The notes: a model not told the origin generated them from the sequence alone. Positions 50,025 through 60,246 are shown, counted from the first letter of the stretch. The stretch: DNA of 64,000 bases from Terriglobia bacterium (GCA_963695545.1 OY968796.1:2016001-2080000), one strand, 5' to 3'. Program-made: numbers and translations.

Positions 50025-51104
50025 ATGGCTGAAGCCGGCGTCGCACGAAGTGCATACGCACCGCGGAACGAGCAACTGCCCCCCGAACGAATCATCTTCG
50101 GGCGGTCGGCGGCGATGCTCGCCATACGACAAAAGATCGAACGAATCGCTTTGACCGGCGTTCCGGTGCTTATTCAAGGCGACAGCGGAACCGGCAAAGG
50201 AGTTCTGGCGCGCTACATTCACGAGCGATCGGGCGCGGCGCCGCGGCCGTTTATCAAAGTGAATTGCGCGGCGATTCCCGGCTCGCTGCTTGAAAGCGAG
50301 CTGTTCGGCTACGAAAAAGGCGCGTTCACCGGAGCATATGCCACCAAGCCGGGCCGCGCGGAGCAAGCCGAGGGTGGCACGCTTTTTCTAGACGGCATCG
50401 ATGAGATCGACCGCTCGCTGCAAGCCAAGCTTTTGCAACTACTGCAAGACGGGCAATTTTCACGTATCGGTGGGCAAGAAGACCGGCACGTAAACGTGCG
50501 CGCACTGTGCGCAACGCATCGCGCTCTGGAGCGCGAAATCGAAGCCGGTCGCTTCCGCCAAGACTTGTTTTACCGCATCAACGTGGTCAACCTGCACTTG
50601 CCGCCGCTTCGTTCGCGCCGCGAAGACATTCTCGATCTAGCGCACTATTTCCTGGAGCTACATCAGCGCCGCCACAACACCCTGGCGCGCGCGTTTTCCG
50701 GCACGATGCTGCAACTTCTCGCGAGACATCCCTGGCCGGGCAACATCCGCGAGCTTGAAAACCTGGTCGAACGCTACGTCATCCTCGGTTCGGAGGACGC
50801 CGTGACCACCGAACTGCTCCACTGGGAGCAGACTCATCTATCGTCGGAATTGCCTACCGATGGGCCGATTCATTTGAAGAAGATCACGCGCCAGGCCGTA
50901 CGCGATCTGGAAAAGAAAATCATTCTGCGCGTGCTGGAAGCCAACCGATGGAATCGCAAGCGCGCCGCGGTTGAGCTGAAAATCAGTTATCGAGCGTTGC
51001 TCTATAAGATCCGCCAAGCCGGCCTTCCACCGAAACGCTCCCTGCGGCACAAGGAAGAACCCGGGCTGGATTCGGCGGTGGACGCAAGGAATCGCGCGCT
51101 ATAA
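50025..51104 (+). CDS. sigma54-dependent activator lacking an N-terminal input domain
   Basis: GDSGTGK, ESELFGYEKGAFTGA, WPGNIRELEN, Fis-type HTH. Confidence 0.93.
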   Translation: MAEAGVARSAYAPRNEQLPPERIIFGRSAAMLAIRQKIERIALTGVPVLIQGDSGTGKGVLARYIHERSGAAPRPFIKVNCAAIPGSLLESELFGYEKGAFTGAYATKPGRAEQAEGGTLFLDGIDEIDRSLQAKLLQLLQDGQFSRIGGQEDRHVNVRALCATHRALEREIEAGRFRQDLFYRINVVNLHLPPLRSRREDILDLAHYFLELHQRRHNTLARAFSGTMLQLLARHPWPGNIRELENLVERYVILGSEDAVTTELLHWEQTHLSSELPTDGPIHLKKITRQAVRDLEKKIILRVLEANRWNRKRAAVELKISYRALLYKIRQAGLPPKRSLRHKEEPGLDSAVDARNRAL

Positions 51105-51356
51105 CTCGCAGTGTTCGTGAGCCGTTCGCCGCGCGGATTGCCTCGGCTCGCCCGTAATAAGCCCAACTAAAACATAAGCTTGCGTCCGCCAGGGGTGATT
51201 CCTTCGCATGGTAAATGTTTGCCACATAGTGTAATCGCTTTGGAGTCAAGTAGTACCTGGTTCGACGATTTCTGGTTGGGCCCAAGATGTCCGTAAATGC
51301 ATGTAAAAAAGGAACTTGTCCGGGCCGCGGCGCGTCGTTTGGATCATTTTCGATAA

Positions 51357-51372
51357 CGGTCACGGCCTTGCT
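51357..51372 (+). promoter_or_regulatory. candidate sigma54 (-24/-12) promoter
   Basis: CGGTCACGGCCTTGCT, GG-N10-GC, about 38 bp before ATG 51410. Confidence 0.5.
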
Positions 51373-51409
51373 CCTATGGTTCCGCTCGTAGACTGACCAC
51401 GAGACCACC

Positions 51410-52414
51410 ATGAAAGCAACAGACCAGGCACCGATCAACAGTTTGGCCGCTCAAAAGGCAGCCGCCCGAGGCTACTTCATGGGGGCCGCAAGTCCTGCCA
51501 TGCGACTGATCGAACGCACGATCGCAGACCTGGCACCAACGAATATCCCCGTGCTTCTGGTCGGAGAGAGTGGCACGGGCAAGGAAATCGTAGCGCTCGA
51601 GCTGCATCGCCTCTCTCGGCGCGGCCACCTGGCTTTCGTGAAATGCAGATGCGGTGCGATGACGGAGCAGGCTTTGCGCGCGTGCTTGCGGGGCGACGCC
51701 AGCGGCGTGGCAACAGCGGACAGCTCCGAGTGCGGGACGCTCCTGCTCGATGAACCCACTCAGCTGAATCCAGAATCCTGGGGTTCGCTCTTGCACCTTC
51801 TGCCGGACGCCGACGCCGCGGTGGAGCCAGTGTCCGGCGTACGCTTGGTTTCCGCGACGTCCCACAACATCGAAGAAGAAGTGCGAACGGGTCGTTTTCC
51901 GCGCGAGTTGTACTATCGATTGAATGGCGTGACGCTGCGGTTGCCTCCGCTGGCTTCGCGCAAAGAGGATATCGCGGGCCTGATGGATTATTTCCTGAAG
52001 AAGTATTCGGCTCTGTTCGACAAAGCGGAACCCGTCCTTGAACCCATCGCATGGGATATCCTGATGCGACATTCCTGGCCTGGAAACGTCCGCGAACTAG
52101 AGAACGTGGCGCGTAAAATCATAGCGTTGGGCGACAGCGAACTGGCGCTCGCGGATCTTGAAGCCGGTTTAAACGCGGTCGAACCAGTGAAATCCCTGGA
52201 AGGAGTCTCCGCAGCGGCGCGCCCGTCGGGCATGCGTCCGCTGAAAGAGGCGTCTCGCGAGGCTTCGCGGCAGGCGGAACGGGAATTGATCGCGCGAGCT
52301 CTTGATCGTACACACTGGAACAGGAAACGCACCGCGCGTGAGCTACAGATCAGTTACAAGGCCTTACTTTACAAACTCAAGCAGTTGGGGTTAAGCGATC
52401 AGGAAAGTGAATAA
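51410..52414 (+). CDS. degenerate sigma54-activator-like AAA+ protein lacking the GAFTGA loop
   Basis: GESGTGKE, LYYRLNG, WPGNVRELEN and HTH present; ESELFG...GAFTGA absent. Confidence 0.88.
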   Translation: MKATDQAPINSLAAQKAAARGYFMGAASPAMRLIERTIADLAPTNIPVLLVGESGTGKEIVALELHRLSRRGHLAFVKCRCGAMTEQALRACLRGDASGVATADSSECGTLLLDEPTQLNPESWGSLLHLLPDADAAVEPVSGVRLVSATSHNIEEEVRTGRFPRELYYRLNGVTLRLPPLASRKEDIAGLMDYFLKKYSALFDKAEPVLEPIAWDILMRHSWPGNVRELENVARKIIALGDSELALADLEAGLNAVEPVKSLEGVSAAARPSGMRPLKEASREASRQAERELIARALDRTHWNRKRTARELQISYKALLYKLKQLGLSDQESE

Positions 52415-52436
52415 TCGAATTCTGAGGAGAACTGCA

Positions 52437-53129
52437 ATGAAGGAAACGGTTGATCGAAGCAATGCGCTCCGCGCAGACCGGCTCAGCAACGCACTCCGCG
52501 CCGACGGGCGGAACCTTGCGATGTTGGTTTTGCTGATCATGTTTGTGGGCCTCCCGCTCGCCGCTCAGGATCAGGCGTCGGGCAAGGCCGCACAAAGCCC
52601 GGCATCCGCCCCAGACGCTTCCGTCCCGCAGACGGCCGCGTCGGATCCGACGTACATCATTGGCTCCGACGACGTGTTGGACATCAGTGTCTGGAAAGAG
52701 CCGGACGTTTCTCGCGTCGTGCCGGTGCGACCTGACGGCAAGGTATCGCTGCCGCTCGTGAGCGACGTGCAAGCCGCCGGCCTGACGCCGAGCGAACTTG
52801 CCGCGGACCTCACCACGCGTCTGAAAAAATTCCTGAACGATCCGCAGGTCACGGTGATCGTCACGCAAATCAACAGCCGCCGTGTGTACATCGTTGGAGA
52901 AGTGGCCCGGCCGGGAGCGTTTCCGCTGCTGCCCGACATGACGGTTCTGCAGGCGCTGGCGGACGCCGGCGGGTTCACGACGTTCGCGAACACCAAGAAA
53001 ATCCACATTCTGAGAACGATCAACGGCAAGCAGACCGAATTCCCGTTTGAATACCACGAAGTCCTTGAGGGAAACAAGACTTCGGAAAACATCAAGTTAT
53101 TGCCGGGCGATGAAATCGTCGTCCCGTAG
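52437..53129 (+). CDS. polysaccharide export protein (Wza/OPX family)
   Basis: YIIGSDDVLDISVW, VRPDGKVSLPL and SLBB motif LQALADAGG. Confidence 0.92.
   Translation: MKETVDRSNALRADRLSNALRADGRNLAMLVLLIMFVGLPLAAQDQASGKAAQSPASAPDASVPQTAASDPTYIIGSDDVLDISVWKEPDVSRVVPVRPDGKVSLPLVSDVQAAGLTPSELAADLTTRLKKFLNDPQVTVIVTQINSRRVYIVGEVARPGAFPLLPDMTVLQALADAGGFTTFANTKKIHILRTINGKQTEFPFEYHEVLEGNKTSENIKLLPGDEIVVP
52456..52508 (+). repeat. 26-bp mini-element plus a degenerate tandem copy in the Wza N-terminus
   Basis: Exact copy at 52456-52481, then TCAGCAACGCACTCCGCGCCGACGGG at 27-bp period. Confidence 0.9.
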
Positions 53130-53143
53130 GGGGTATTGATTCG

Positions 53144-54610
53144 ATGAAGCGCATCTCACTCGCCGGATTGCTTCTCGCCGCGCTTTTTTGCGTGCCGGCT
53201 GCGAGGAGTCAGCAGTCGACTCCGGATCAAGGGACCAGTACGCCTGCCGCTCCCGACCAACCGCTGCCGGCACCGAACACGACGCCCTCCAGCGGCAGTA
53301 CAAACGATGCCGGCGCCGCGCCTGCGGGGCGCTCGCTTTTGGGTTCGGACGCAGCCGACCAATCCCCCGCTGATACGTTGCCGCTTTCCGGCGCCCAGCA
53401 ATTGACGATTCCCGGTACGACTGAGCCCACGAATTTCTTCGACGCGAGCGCGCTGTTTTCGGGAAGTGGGGATAGCGGCGTGATCAACGCTCAGAAGTTG
53501 CCGACGTGGGGAGCGAGCGAGGTCGCGGGAGGTGAGATTACGGTCGATCGTTCCTGGAACGCCGATCGCTTTGCGTTGTCTTATTCGGGCGGAGGCTTGT
53601 TTTACCAGCCGAGCGCGTTGTATCCGGACGCGATGTTCCACACGCTTTCCGTAGGACAACAATTTGCCTGGAAACGATTGACACTCCGCTTGATGGATCA
53701 ATTCTCGTACTCGCCGACCTCCTTATTCGGCGGAGCGGGCCTCGGCGGACCGGGACTATTGGCCGAGACGGGGCAGACGACGACCCCGCTCAGTCCGATT
53801 TATGGCGTCAGCGACACGATTCTGACGGGCGAATCCCGAGTCGTGAACAACTCCGCAGTCGGTGAAATTCAGTACAACTTTTCTCTGCGTTCCTCGTTCA
53901 CCGTTACAGGCTCCTACGGGGTGCTCGACTACGAAGGCGGAGGTTACATAAGCAGTCACGACTACGTGGTAAGCGCGGGATACAATTACGCGCTGACCCC
54001 GAAAGACGCATTGGCCGCCACTTACAGCTTTACCCAGACGCAGTTCACCGGAGCGCCCGAAAACCTGAGCTTCGAGGCGGTGAATCTTGCGTACTCGCAC
54101 CAAGTGAGTGGCCGCTTGGTATTTCAAATCAGCGCGGGGCCTGAGTTCACCGAGTTTCACAATTACACGCCGAGCGTAGGAAATGCCGTGGGATTTAGCG
54201 TGGATACCGGACTGCAGTATCGGCTGCGCCGCAGTTCTTTCGGTGCGGCTTTCTCGCGCGGTGACAACGCCGGGTCCGGTGTTTTCTTCGGCTCGGTCAG
54301 CGATTCGGTCACCGGTAACGTGAGTCACCAGTTTTCACGATTCCTGACGGGCGTGGTGTATGTCGGATATTCGAAGAGCGGAAGTTTGGTGAGCGTGCCG
54401 GGAGTCGCGAATGAATTTCACGATTGGTTCATCGGAGCCAGTTTGGGGCGCCAGTTCGGGCGCTACACGCACTTGAGTTTCAATTACGGAGCGGAACAAC
54501 AGCCTTCGGACGGAATCTGCCCGGTGACGAGCTGCGGCACGAACCAGGTGGTTCAAACCATCGGCGTCGCGCTTGACTTGCACATACATCCGATTGGCAC
54601 TGTCGAGTGA
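53144..54610 (+). CDS. outer-membrane beta-barrel protein, polysaccharide-export associated
   Basis: Signal peptide, alternating aromatic beta strands, directly after the wza-like gene. Confidence 0.75.
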   Translation: MKRISLAGLLLAALFCVPAARSQQSTPDQGTSTPAAPDQPLPAPNTTPSSGSTNDAGAAPAGRSLLGSDAADQSPADTLPLSGAQQLTIPGTTEPTNFFDASALFSGSGDSGVINAQKLPTWGASEVAGGEITVDRSWNADRFALSYSGGGLFYQPSALYPDAMFHTLSVGQQFAWKRLTLRLMDQFSYSPTSLFGGAGLGGPGLLAETGQTTTPLSPIYGVSDTILTGESRVVNNSAVGEIQYNFSLRSSFTVTGSYGVLDYEGGGYISSHDYVVSAGYNYALTPKDALAATYSFTQTQFTGAPENLSFEAVNLAYSHQVSGRLVFQISAGPEFTEFHNYTPSVGNAVGFSVDTGLQYRLRRSSFGAAFSRGDNAGSGVFFGSVSDSVTGNVSHQFSRFLTGVVYVGYSKSGSLVSVPGVANEFHDWFIGASLGRQFGRYTHLSFNYGAEQQPSDGICPVTSCGTNQVVQTIGVALDLHIHPIGTVE

Positions 54611-54700
54611 GTGCGATTATCGGGCCTCCGCGTAGCGATGCGGCATGAAGAGCCGCCAAGATCAAGCGGGCTTGCGCAGGAGATCACAGAAGCGGCGCGC

Positions 54701-55441
54701 TCAGCCCAATAAGTTGTAGCGGAGAATGCACCACAGAGTGCGGAAGCCGTCTTTCCATGTGATTTTCTTGCCGTCCGCGTAGGTGCGGCCGGAATAGGAA
54801 ATCGGCACCTCGTAAATGCGCCATCTTCCCTTGGCAACTTTGGCGGTCACTTCCGGCTCGAAGCCGAACCGATTCGACCGCAGTTCCATACCCTCGATCA
54901 CCTCGCGCCGGAAAACTTTGTAGCAAGTTTCCATGTCGGTGAGCTTCAGATTCGTCATGATGTCTGAAAGCAGCGTCAGAAATTTATTGCCGACGTAATG
55001 CCAGAAATAGTGGACTCGCTGTGGTCCGCCGAGGAAGCGCGAACCGTAGACCACGTCGGCGCGACCGTCGAGAATCGGCTTGAGCAGATTGCCATATTCC
55101 GCCGGGTCGTATTCTAGGTCGGCATCCTGCACGATAAAAATCTCGCCCGTGGCGGCCTTGAAACCGCGGCGCAGCGCCGCGCCTTTGCCGCGATTGCGCT
55201 CCTGGAAGAGGAAACGAACGTTGTGGAGCGCGAGACTTGCGGCGCCGTCGAGCACGGCGGCGGCCGGCTCACCCGCGGTCTGCGCCCGGCAAAGCGCTTC
55301 GAGGAGTTGGCGCGTGCCATCGGTTGAGCCGTCGTCGATGACAATAATTTCCTTGTCGATCGAAGCGGCCTGGACGCGCAGCAAGACGCTCTCCACGTAG
55401 GCGCGTTCGTTGTATACCGGGACGATGACGGACACGATCAT
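54701..55441 (-). CDS. glycosyltransferase family 2 (DPM-synthase-like)
   Basis: PVYNE, DDGSTDGT, QDADLEYDP and TDMETCYK motifs. Confidence 0.93.
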   Translation of the reverse strand: MIVSVIVPVYNERAYVESVLLRVQAASIDKEIIVIDDGSTDGTRQLLEALCRAQTAGEPAAAVLDGAASLALHNVRFLFQERNRGKGAALRRGFKAATGEIFIVQDADLEYDPAEYGNLLKPILDGRADVVYGSRFLGGPQRVHYFWHYVGNKFLTLLSDIMTNLKLTDMETCYKVFRREVIEGMELRSNRFGFEPEVTAKVAKGRWRIYEVPISYSGRTYADGKKITWKDGFRTLWCILRYNLLG

Positions 55442-55594
55442 CGGGTGACGAATCTCCGAATCGGATTCATTTCGCGCGTTCCCGGGCTACACATGGGATG
55501 TTTCAAGCGCAACATCATGCGGGAGCTTGTGCGTGAACGCAATTGCTTTGCGCGACGCCGCGCCGTCGGCGTCACGGGCACGCGTGGCGCTGCG

Positions 55595-56464
55595 TCATTT
55601 CCCCGAGCCAGCCGGCGCCTCCGCCGGGCCCGGCGCAGCCGAAACTGATGGATAACGGCCGAGCAGGCTGTTCCATCGAATCACGGCGAGATCTCCGACC
55701 ATCTGCAGGCCGTCGCCGAGGACGTGCACCCGCGTGGCCGGGTCGTGAGCCCATCGCACGGGAACTTCGACGACGCTTAATCCATGGCGGCGCGCCAGGA
55801 ACAACAGCTCGGGATCGAAGCCGAAGCGCTCGATTCGTTGTTGCTCAAACAGGATTTGCGTGCGCTCGCGGCGAAAGGCTTTGAATCCGCACTGCGTATC
55901 GGCGAACGGCACGCCAATGAGCGCCCGGACGGCCCAATTGAAAGATTTCCCGGCCATTTCTCTGACGCCGGATTGATGCACTTCGATCAGGCCGCGATTG
56001 AGCGCGCGCGAACCAATCGCGACGTCGGAATTTTCGAGCGCGGCGAGCAGCTTATCGGCTTCCTCAATCGGCGCCGAAAGATCCGCGTCGGTGAAGAGCG
56101 CGACGTTTCCCTTGGCCTCACGCATACCGTGGCGCACGCTGTAGCCTTTGCCGCGATTGCCGGCGTTCGAGACGAGACGCAATCCGGCGATTCGCGAGCG
56201 CAAGCTTTCTACCACCTGCGCAGTTTGGTCGCGGGAACCGTCGTCGACCACCAGAATTTCCCAGGTCAACGGACGTGCGGCGAAATACTCCTCGATCCGC
56301 GCGAGTGTCGGCGGCAGGCGCTTTTCTTCGTTGTAGGCCGGAATAATTACAGATACGTCCGGAGATGTTGGAGTGGATTTCTGCCCGGATTCCGGAGTTT
56401 GGGAATCGACAAAGGGAAAAGTTGCTGAAGTGCCGCGCCCCGAATCAGGCGGTGCGGGGCTCAT
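55595..56464 (-). CDS. dolichyl-phosphate beta-glucosyltransferase-like GT2
   Basis: PAYNE, NRGKG, FTDADLS and DTQCGFK motifs. Confidence 0.92.
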   Translation of the reverse strand: MSPAPPDSGRGTSATFPFVDSQTPESGQKSTPTSPDVSVIIPAYNEEKRLPPTLARIEEYFAARPLTWEILVVDDGSRDQTAQVVESLRSRIAGLRLVSNAGNRGKGYSVRHGMREAKGNVALFTDADLSAPIEEADKLLAALENSDVAIGSRALNRGLIEVHQSGVREMAGKSFNWAVRALIGVPFADTQCGFKAFRRERTQILFEQQRIERFGFDPELLFLARRHGLSVVEVPVRWAHDPATRVHVLGDGLQMVGDLAVIRWNSLLGRYPSVSAAPGPAEAPAGSGK

Positions 56465-56783
56465 TGCGGATGATCTCGTAGCGTTCGATCACCGCGGCCA
56501 CACCCACTCGGGTGGATCCATTGTCCGGCCGCCGATCGACGCGCACTACTTTCCCCATGGCGCGTATAAAGACTTCCGAACCACGGGTGACCTCGGCGGG
56601 CAATGTGAGCGTGATGTCCAATTCGCTGCCGGAATTCAAATCTTCTTCCAGCGTGAAATAGACGCCGCGCGTCGAGATGTCTCGCGTCTTGCCATTGCGA
56701 GCCGAGACTTCCTTCTCGATGGGAAGCCGGATAATGACCGGTAGTGCAAGGTCGTATCTTCGAGCCGTACGTCTGTCGGTCAT
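56445..56783 (-). CDS. PilZ-domain protein
   Basis: RRTARR and DISTRG canonical motifs. Confidence 0.88.
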   Translation of the reverse strand: MTDRRTARRYDLALPVIIRLPIEKEVSARNGKTRDISTRGVYFTLEEDLNSGSELDITLTLPAEVTRGSEVFIRAMGKVVRVDRRPDNGSTRVGVAAVIERYEIIRNEPRTA

Positions 56784-56845
56784 CAAAACCAATCCCCCGA
56801 ACCATCCCGGACGCGCGCTAAGCACGCCTCACGCTCCTAGTAGGG

Positions 56846-56862
56846 AGCACTTGCCATTCCAA
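56846..56862 (-). promoter_or_regulatory. candidate sigma54 (-24/-12) promoter
   Basis: TTGGAATGGCAAGTGCT on the minus strand, GG-N10-GC, about 60 bp before ATG 56783. Confidence 0.5.
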
Positions 56863-57140
56863 AGAGCGCCCGCAATTCAAGAATCGCAAAAGCCGGCTCA
56901 GAAGCGGCGGAACTCACTCGCGGTGCCAAATTGCGGCGCGACGAAAATAACTCATTTACAATAAGCACAATAGACCGAATTCGCCGACCCCAATGTTTTC
57001 CCACAAAGGGATAACTTCGGGGCGCCCGTCTGCGACCGGCTCGGGCCCGGATTGTAGCCCCAGTTGCAGGGTAAACGCTAGGCCCAGTTGCGACAGGAAT
57101 GCCTTGAATAGGCAACAGGTTGCAGCTTTTCCGGGCACGC

Positions 57141-58613
57141 CTATTCGACGTTGCCGGCCGGAACCGCGGGTATTTTAGGTTGAGCTGCTGCCGGTTCGGG
57201 GGTCGCCGTGCTGCGTCCAGACCGCCCGGAATCCAGATTGAATTGGCGGATCTTGTAGAGCAGCGCCTTGTAGCTGATACCGAGCATCTTGGCTGCGTCC
57301 TTGCGGCACCAGTGCGTTTTCTGCAGCGCGTCAGAGATCGCTTCCATTTCCGCTTCGTCCTTGAGTCCGCGCACGAGGGCTTTCAGTCCCTGCGCGCGCG
57401 CGGGAACCGGCTCGTCGCGCGGAGCGGTGCGCTGCTGCGTGGCGGACATCTCAAGCAACTCACGCAGACCGCCTTCGTCATCTTCGAGGATGACGTAGCG
57501 CTTGACGAAATTTTCGAGCTCGCGCAAATTTCCCGGCCAGGGATAGCGCACGGCCGCCTCCAGCAAGTACTCGGACGGCGCCGGCGCGGTCTTCTGAAAC
57601 TTCACGCTGTACTTTTCAAGAAAATGCCGGAACAGCAGGGGGATTTCTGAAGTCCGCTCGCGCAGGGGCGGCACATTTATGGAAAGTACGTTTAGGCGGT
57701 AGTAGAGATCCTCGCGCAGACGGCCGGATTTCATGGCTTCTTGTACTTCCATGTTGGTCGCCGCCAGAACGCGGACGTCAACCTCGATCAGATGCCGTCC
57801 GCCGAGGCGCGAATACTGGTGATCCTGCAAGACGTGCAGCAGCTTGGCCTGCAGATGAGGGCTCATCTCTGCGATTTCGTCGAGAAAAATCGTGCCCTTG
57901 TTGGCTTGCTCGAACTTGCCGGGCTTGGAGCGCACGGCTCCCGTGAACGCGCCTTGCTCATATCCGAACAGCTCGGATTCGAGAAGCTCGCCGGGCAGGG
58001 CCGCGCAGTTAACTTTTATGAAAGGCTGGGTGCGCCGGTTCGAGCGAATGTGGATCATGCGCGCGACCACTTCCTTGCCCACGCCGCTTTCGCCGCAGAT
58101 GAACACCGGTACGTCCACCGGCGCGATTTGCAGCACCTGCTGGCGGATGCGAACCATTTGCGGGCTGGCGGCCAGGAAGGTCATGTCTTCGGTCAGTTGG
58201 TCGCAATATTCGGTGAGTGCCTTGTTTTCGTTACGCAGCTCGCGTTTCTGGCGGCACTTCAGCATGGCCACGTCGAGCTCGCCCTTCTCAAACGGCTTAG
58301 TCAAATAGTCGTGCGCGCCCAGGCGAATCGCCTCGACGACCGTGCCCACTTCGTTTGAGCAGGAAAGCATGATCACGCTGAGCGAGCGGTCAACGTTCAT
58401 GATCTGCTTGAGCGTGTCCAGGCCGTTCAGCTCGGGCATGAGCACGTCCAGAATTATGAAATCCGGCCGCTGGCCGGTCTTTAGCAGTTCGATCGCTTCC
58501 GTGCCACTACCGATAGTTTCGACGTCGTAGCCATCGACTTCGAGCAGCGTTTGCAGGTATTTCCGAATACTCGGTTCGTCGTCGACGACAAGAATTCTTT
58601 CTCGATTAGCCAT
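57141..58613 (-). CDS. NtrC-family sigma54-dependent response regulator
   Basis: REC (VVDDE, LDVLMP), GESGVGKE, GAFTGA, FLDEI, HTH. Confidence 0.96.
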   Translation of the reverse strand: MANRERILVVDDEPSIRKYLQTLLEVDGYDVETIGSGTEAIELLKTGQRPDFIILDVLMPELNGLDTLKQIMNVDRSLSVIMLSCSNEVGTVVEAIRLGAHDYLTKPFEKGELDVAMLKCRQKRELRNENKALTEYCDQLTEDMTFLAASPQMVRIRQQVLQIAPVDVPVFICGESGVGKEVVARMIHIRSNRRTQPFIKVNCAALPGELLESELFGYEQGAFTGAVRSKPGKFEQANKGTIFLDEIAEMSPHLQAKLLHVLQDHQYSRLGGRHLIEVDVRVLAATNMEVQEAMKSGRLREDLYYRLNVLSINVPPLRERTSEIPLLFRHFLEKYSVKFQKTAPAPSEYLLEAAVRYPWPGNLRELENFVKRYVILEDDEGGLRELLEMSATQQRTAPRDEPVPARAQGLKALVRGLKDEAEMEAISDALQKTHWCRKDAAKMLGISYKALLYKIRQFNLDSGRSGRSTATPEPAAAQPKIPAVPAGNVE

Positions 58614-58648
58614 GGTCCTTCCTTCCTCAAACTCTGCGAAAAATTTTC

Positions 58649-59887
58649 TTATGCGGCGTCCAGCGGCAGCAGAAACGTGAAAGTGCAGCCGCGGCGGGGT
58701 TCGCTATCCACCCAGATTTTCCCGCGATGCGCCTGGACCAGCCGCTTGGCGATTGCCAAGCCCAGCCCCATGCCGGACGAGGAGCGATCCACGCGCACGA
58801 AATCTTCGAAAATTTCCTGATGGTGTTCGGCGGCGATTCCTGGGCCCGTGTCCGAGACCGCGACGCGCACGCTGTTGGCCCGCTGATTGCGCTGGGAGCG
58901 GCGCTCGGTGGGGGGAAGCTCCTCTGCCGCGCGGCGCTCCCAAAAATGCGGCTCGGCGCGCAGCGTGACTGTGCCGCCGGCCGGAGTGTGCTTGAGCGCG
59001 TTGTCGAGCAGATTGGCCACGGTCTGCTGCACCTTCTGATAGTCGAACGCGAGCGCCGGCATATCCGGCGCAAAGAAAGTATCGAGACGCACATTCTTGC
59101 GAACAAACGCCTCGCGCCAGCGCGTCTCGATTTCGGTGAGGCAATCGCGAAGATCGTTTTCGCGCAGATGCATCACCAGTTTGCCGCTCTCGAGCGCCGA
59201 ATAATTCAGGAACATCGAAACCAGACGCACCAGACGTTCGCAACTTTCTTTCGATTCTTGCAGGATATCCTGCTGCTTCGCAGTGAGCTTGCCGAGCGAT
59301 CCCGAGAGCAGCAGATCGTAGTATCCCTTGATTACCGCCAGCGGCGTCTTCAGTTCGTGCGCGGCCGAGGCCAGAAACACCGTCTTCTGTCGATTCACTT
59401 CCTGAAGCCGGAGATACGCCGCCAGAAGATTGCGGTAGGTAATCTCGCGCTCCTGCAACAATTCCTGAACCGTGCGCTGCATCTCGGTGTCGCTGTCCGC
59501 AGGTTCGTGAGAAGAGGGTTCGGACTCGAGGCGCACCACCAGCCAATCCGGCTCCGGCAGCCATTGGATGCGAGCTTGAGCGAGTCCGTTCGGACACTCC
59601 ACGCGGAGCTTCACTTCGCTCTCGCCACTTTCCATTTGCTCGACGATCACCTTCGGATCCACGCGGAGCAAATTGGAAAACAAATTCGAGTGCATCTCGG
59701 CGGCGACGCCGCGAGCCGCCAGATACTGCTTGGCATGCAGATTCGCCAGGATCACGCGTCCATCGCGCTCGGCGACCAGAATGGGCTGCTCCAGCAGATC
59801 CAGAAGGCTGGCCATCATGCCTAGCGGCAGACTTTCTTTGGGTCGATTCTCGACAGCGGTGCCGTGCTTCAAGTGAATTCCCCTCAC
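58649..59887 (-). CDS. cytoplasmic PAS-like sensor histidine kinase
   Basis: AHELKTPL, NLLDNALKH, DTGPGI and GLGLAI motifs. Confidence 0.95.
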   Translation of the reverse strand: MRGIHLKHGTAVENRPKESLPLGMMASLLDLLEQPILVAERDGRVILANLHAKQYLAARGVAAEMHSNLFSNLLRVDPKVIVEQMESGESEVKLRVECPNGLAQARIQWLPEPDWLVVRLESEPSSHEPADSDTEMQRTVQELLQEREITYRNLLAAYLRLQEVNRQKTVFLASAAHELKTPLAVIKGYYDLLLSGSLGKLTAKQQDILQESKESCERLVRLVSMFLNYSALESGKLVMHLRENDLRDCLTEIETRWREAFVRKNVRLDTFFAPDMPALAFDYQKVQQTVANLLDNALKHTPAGGTVTLRAEPHFWERRAAEELPPTERRSQRNQRANSVRVAVSDTGPGIAAEHHQEIFEDFVRVDRSSSGMGLGLAIAKRLVQAHRGKIWVDSEPRRGCTFTFLLPLDAA

Positions 59888-60150
59888 AAGAACTGAACCG
59901 CCGGGACGCTTCGGAAGGATGCTCGAAAGCCTTGCGTCGTCTATGCGGTTTTATTTTGCGGGACCGGGTGGATAGTCGCAGAAGGGCTCAGAGGTGTCAA
60001 TGGTAAATGGGTTCCATCTTGCACAATTGTAGTAAAGAAGTGGACCGTTTTTCCCCAGACCAGTGAAGAAAACTTTTGCATGTCACTTTCGCAGCTTGGC
60101 GATCACGCTTGTTTTCAATTACTTACACGGTTGAGCGGGGACCGCTTAAC

Positions 60151-60167
60151 GTGGACTCAAATATGCT
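60151..60167 (+). promoter_or_regulatory. candidate sigma54 promoter with an upstream IHF-like site
   Basis: GTGGACTCAAATATGCT (GG-N10-GC); TTTCAATTACTTA at about 60113; a second candidate TGGGTTCCATCTTGCA at 60008. Confidence 0.5.
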
Positions 60168-60246
60168 ACCTTGGTCCGGGTACTAGAACGAAGGTACCAG
60201 CAGCGTCAGGAGATTTACCCCGAAAATATCGGACGTTACCGTTCGT

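Noticed and set aside
51209..51223. TGGTAAATGTTTGCC as a sigma54 promoter
   Set aside because: GG-to-GC spacing is one base short of the strict requirement.
56912..56930. TTGGCACCGCGAGTGA (minus strand) as a sigma54 promoter
   Set aside because: Good -24 box but GA instead of GC at -12.
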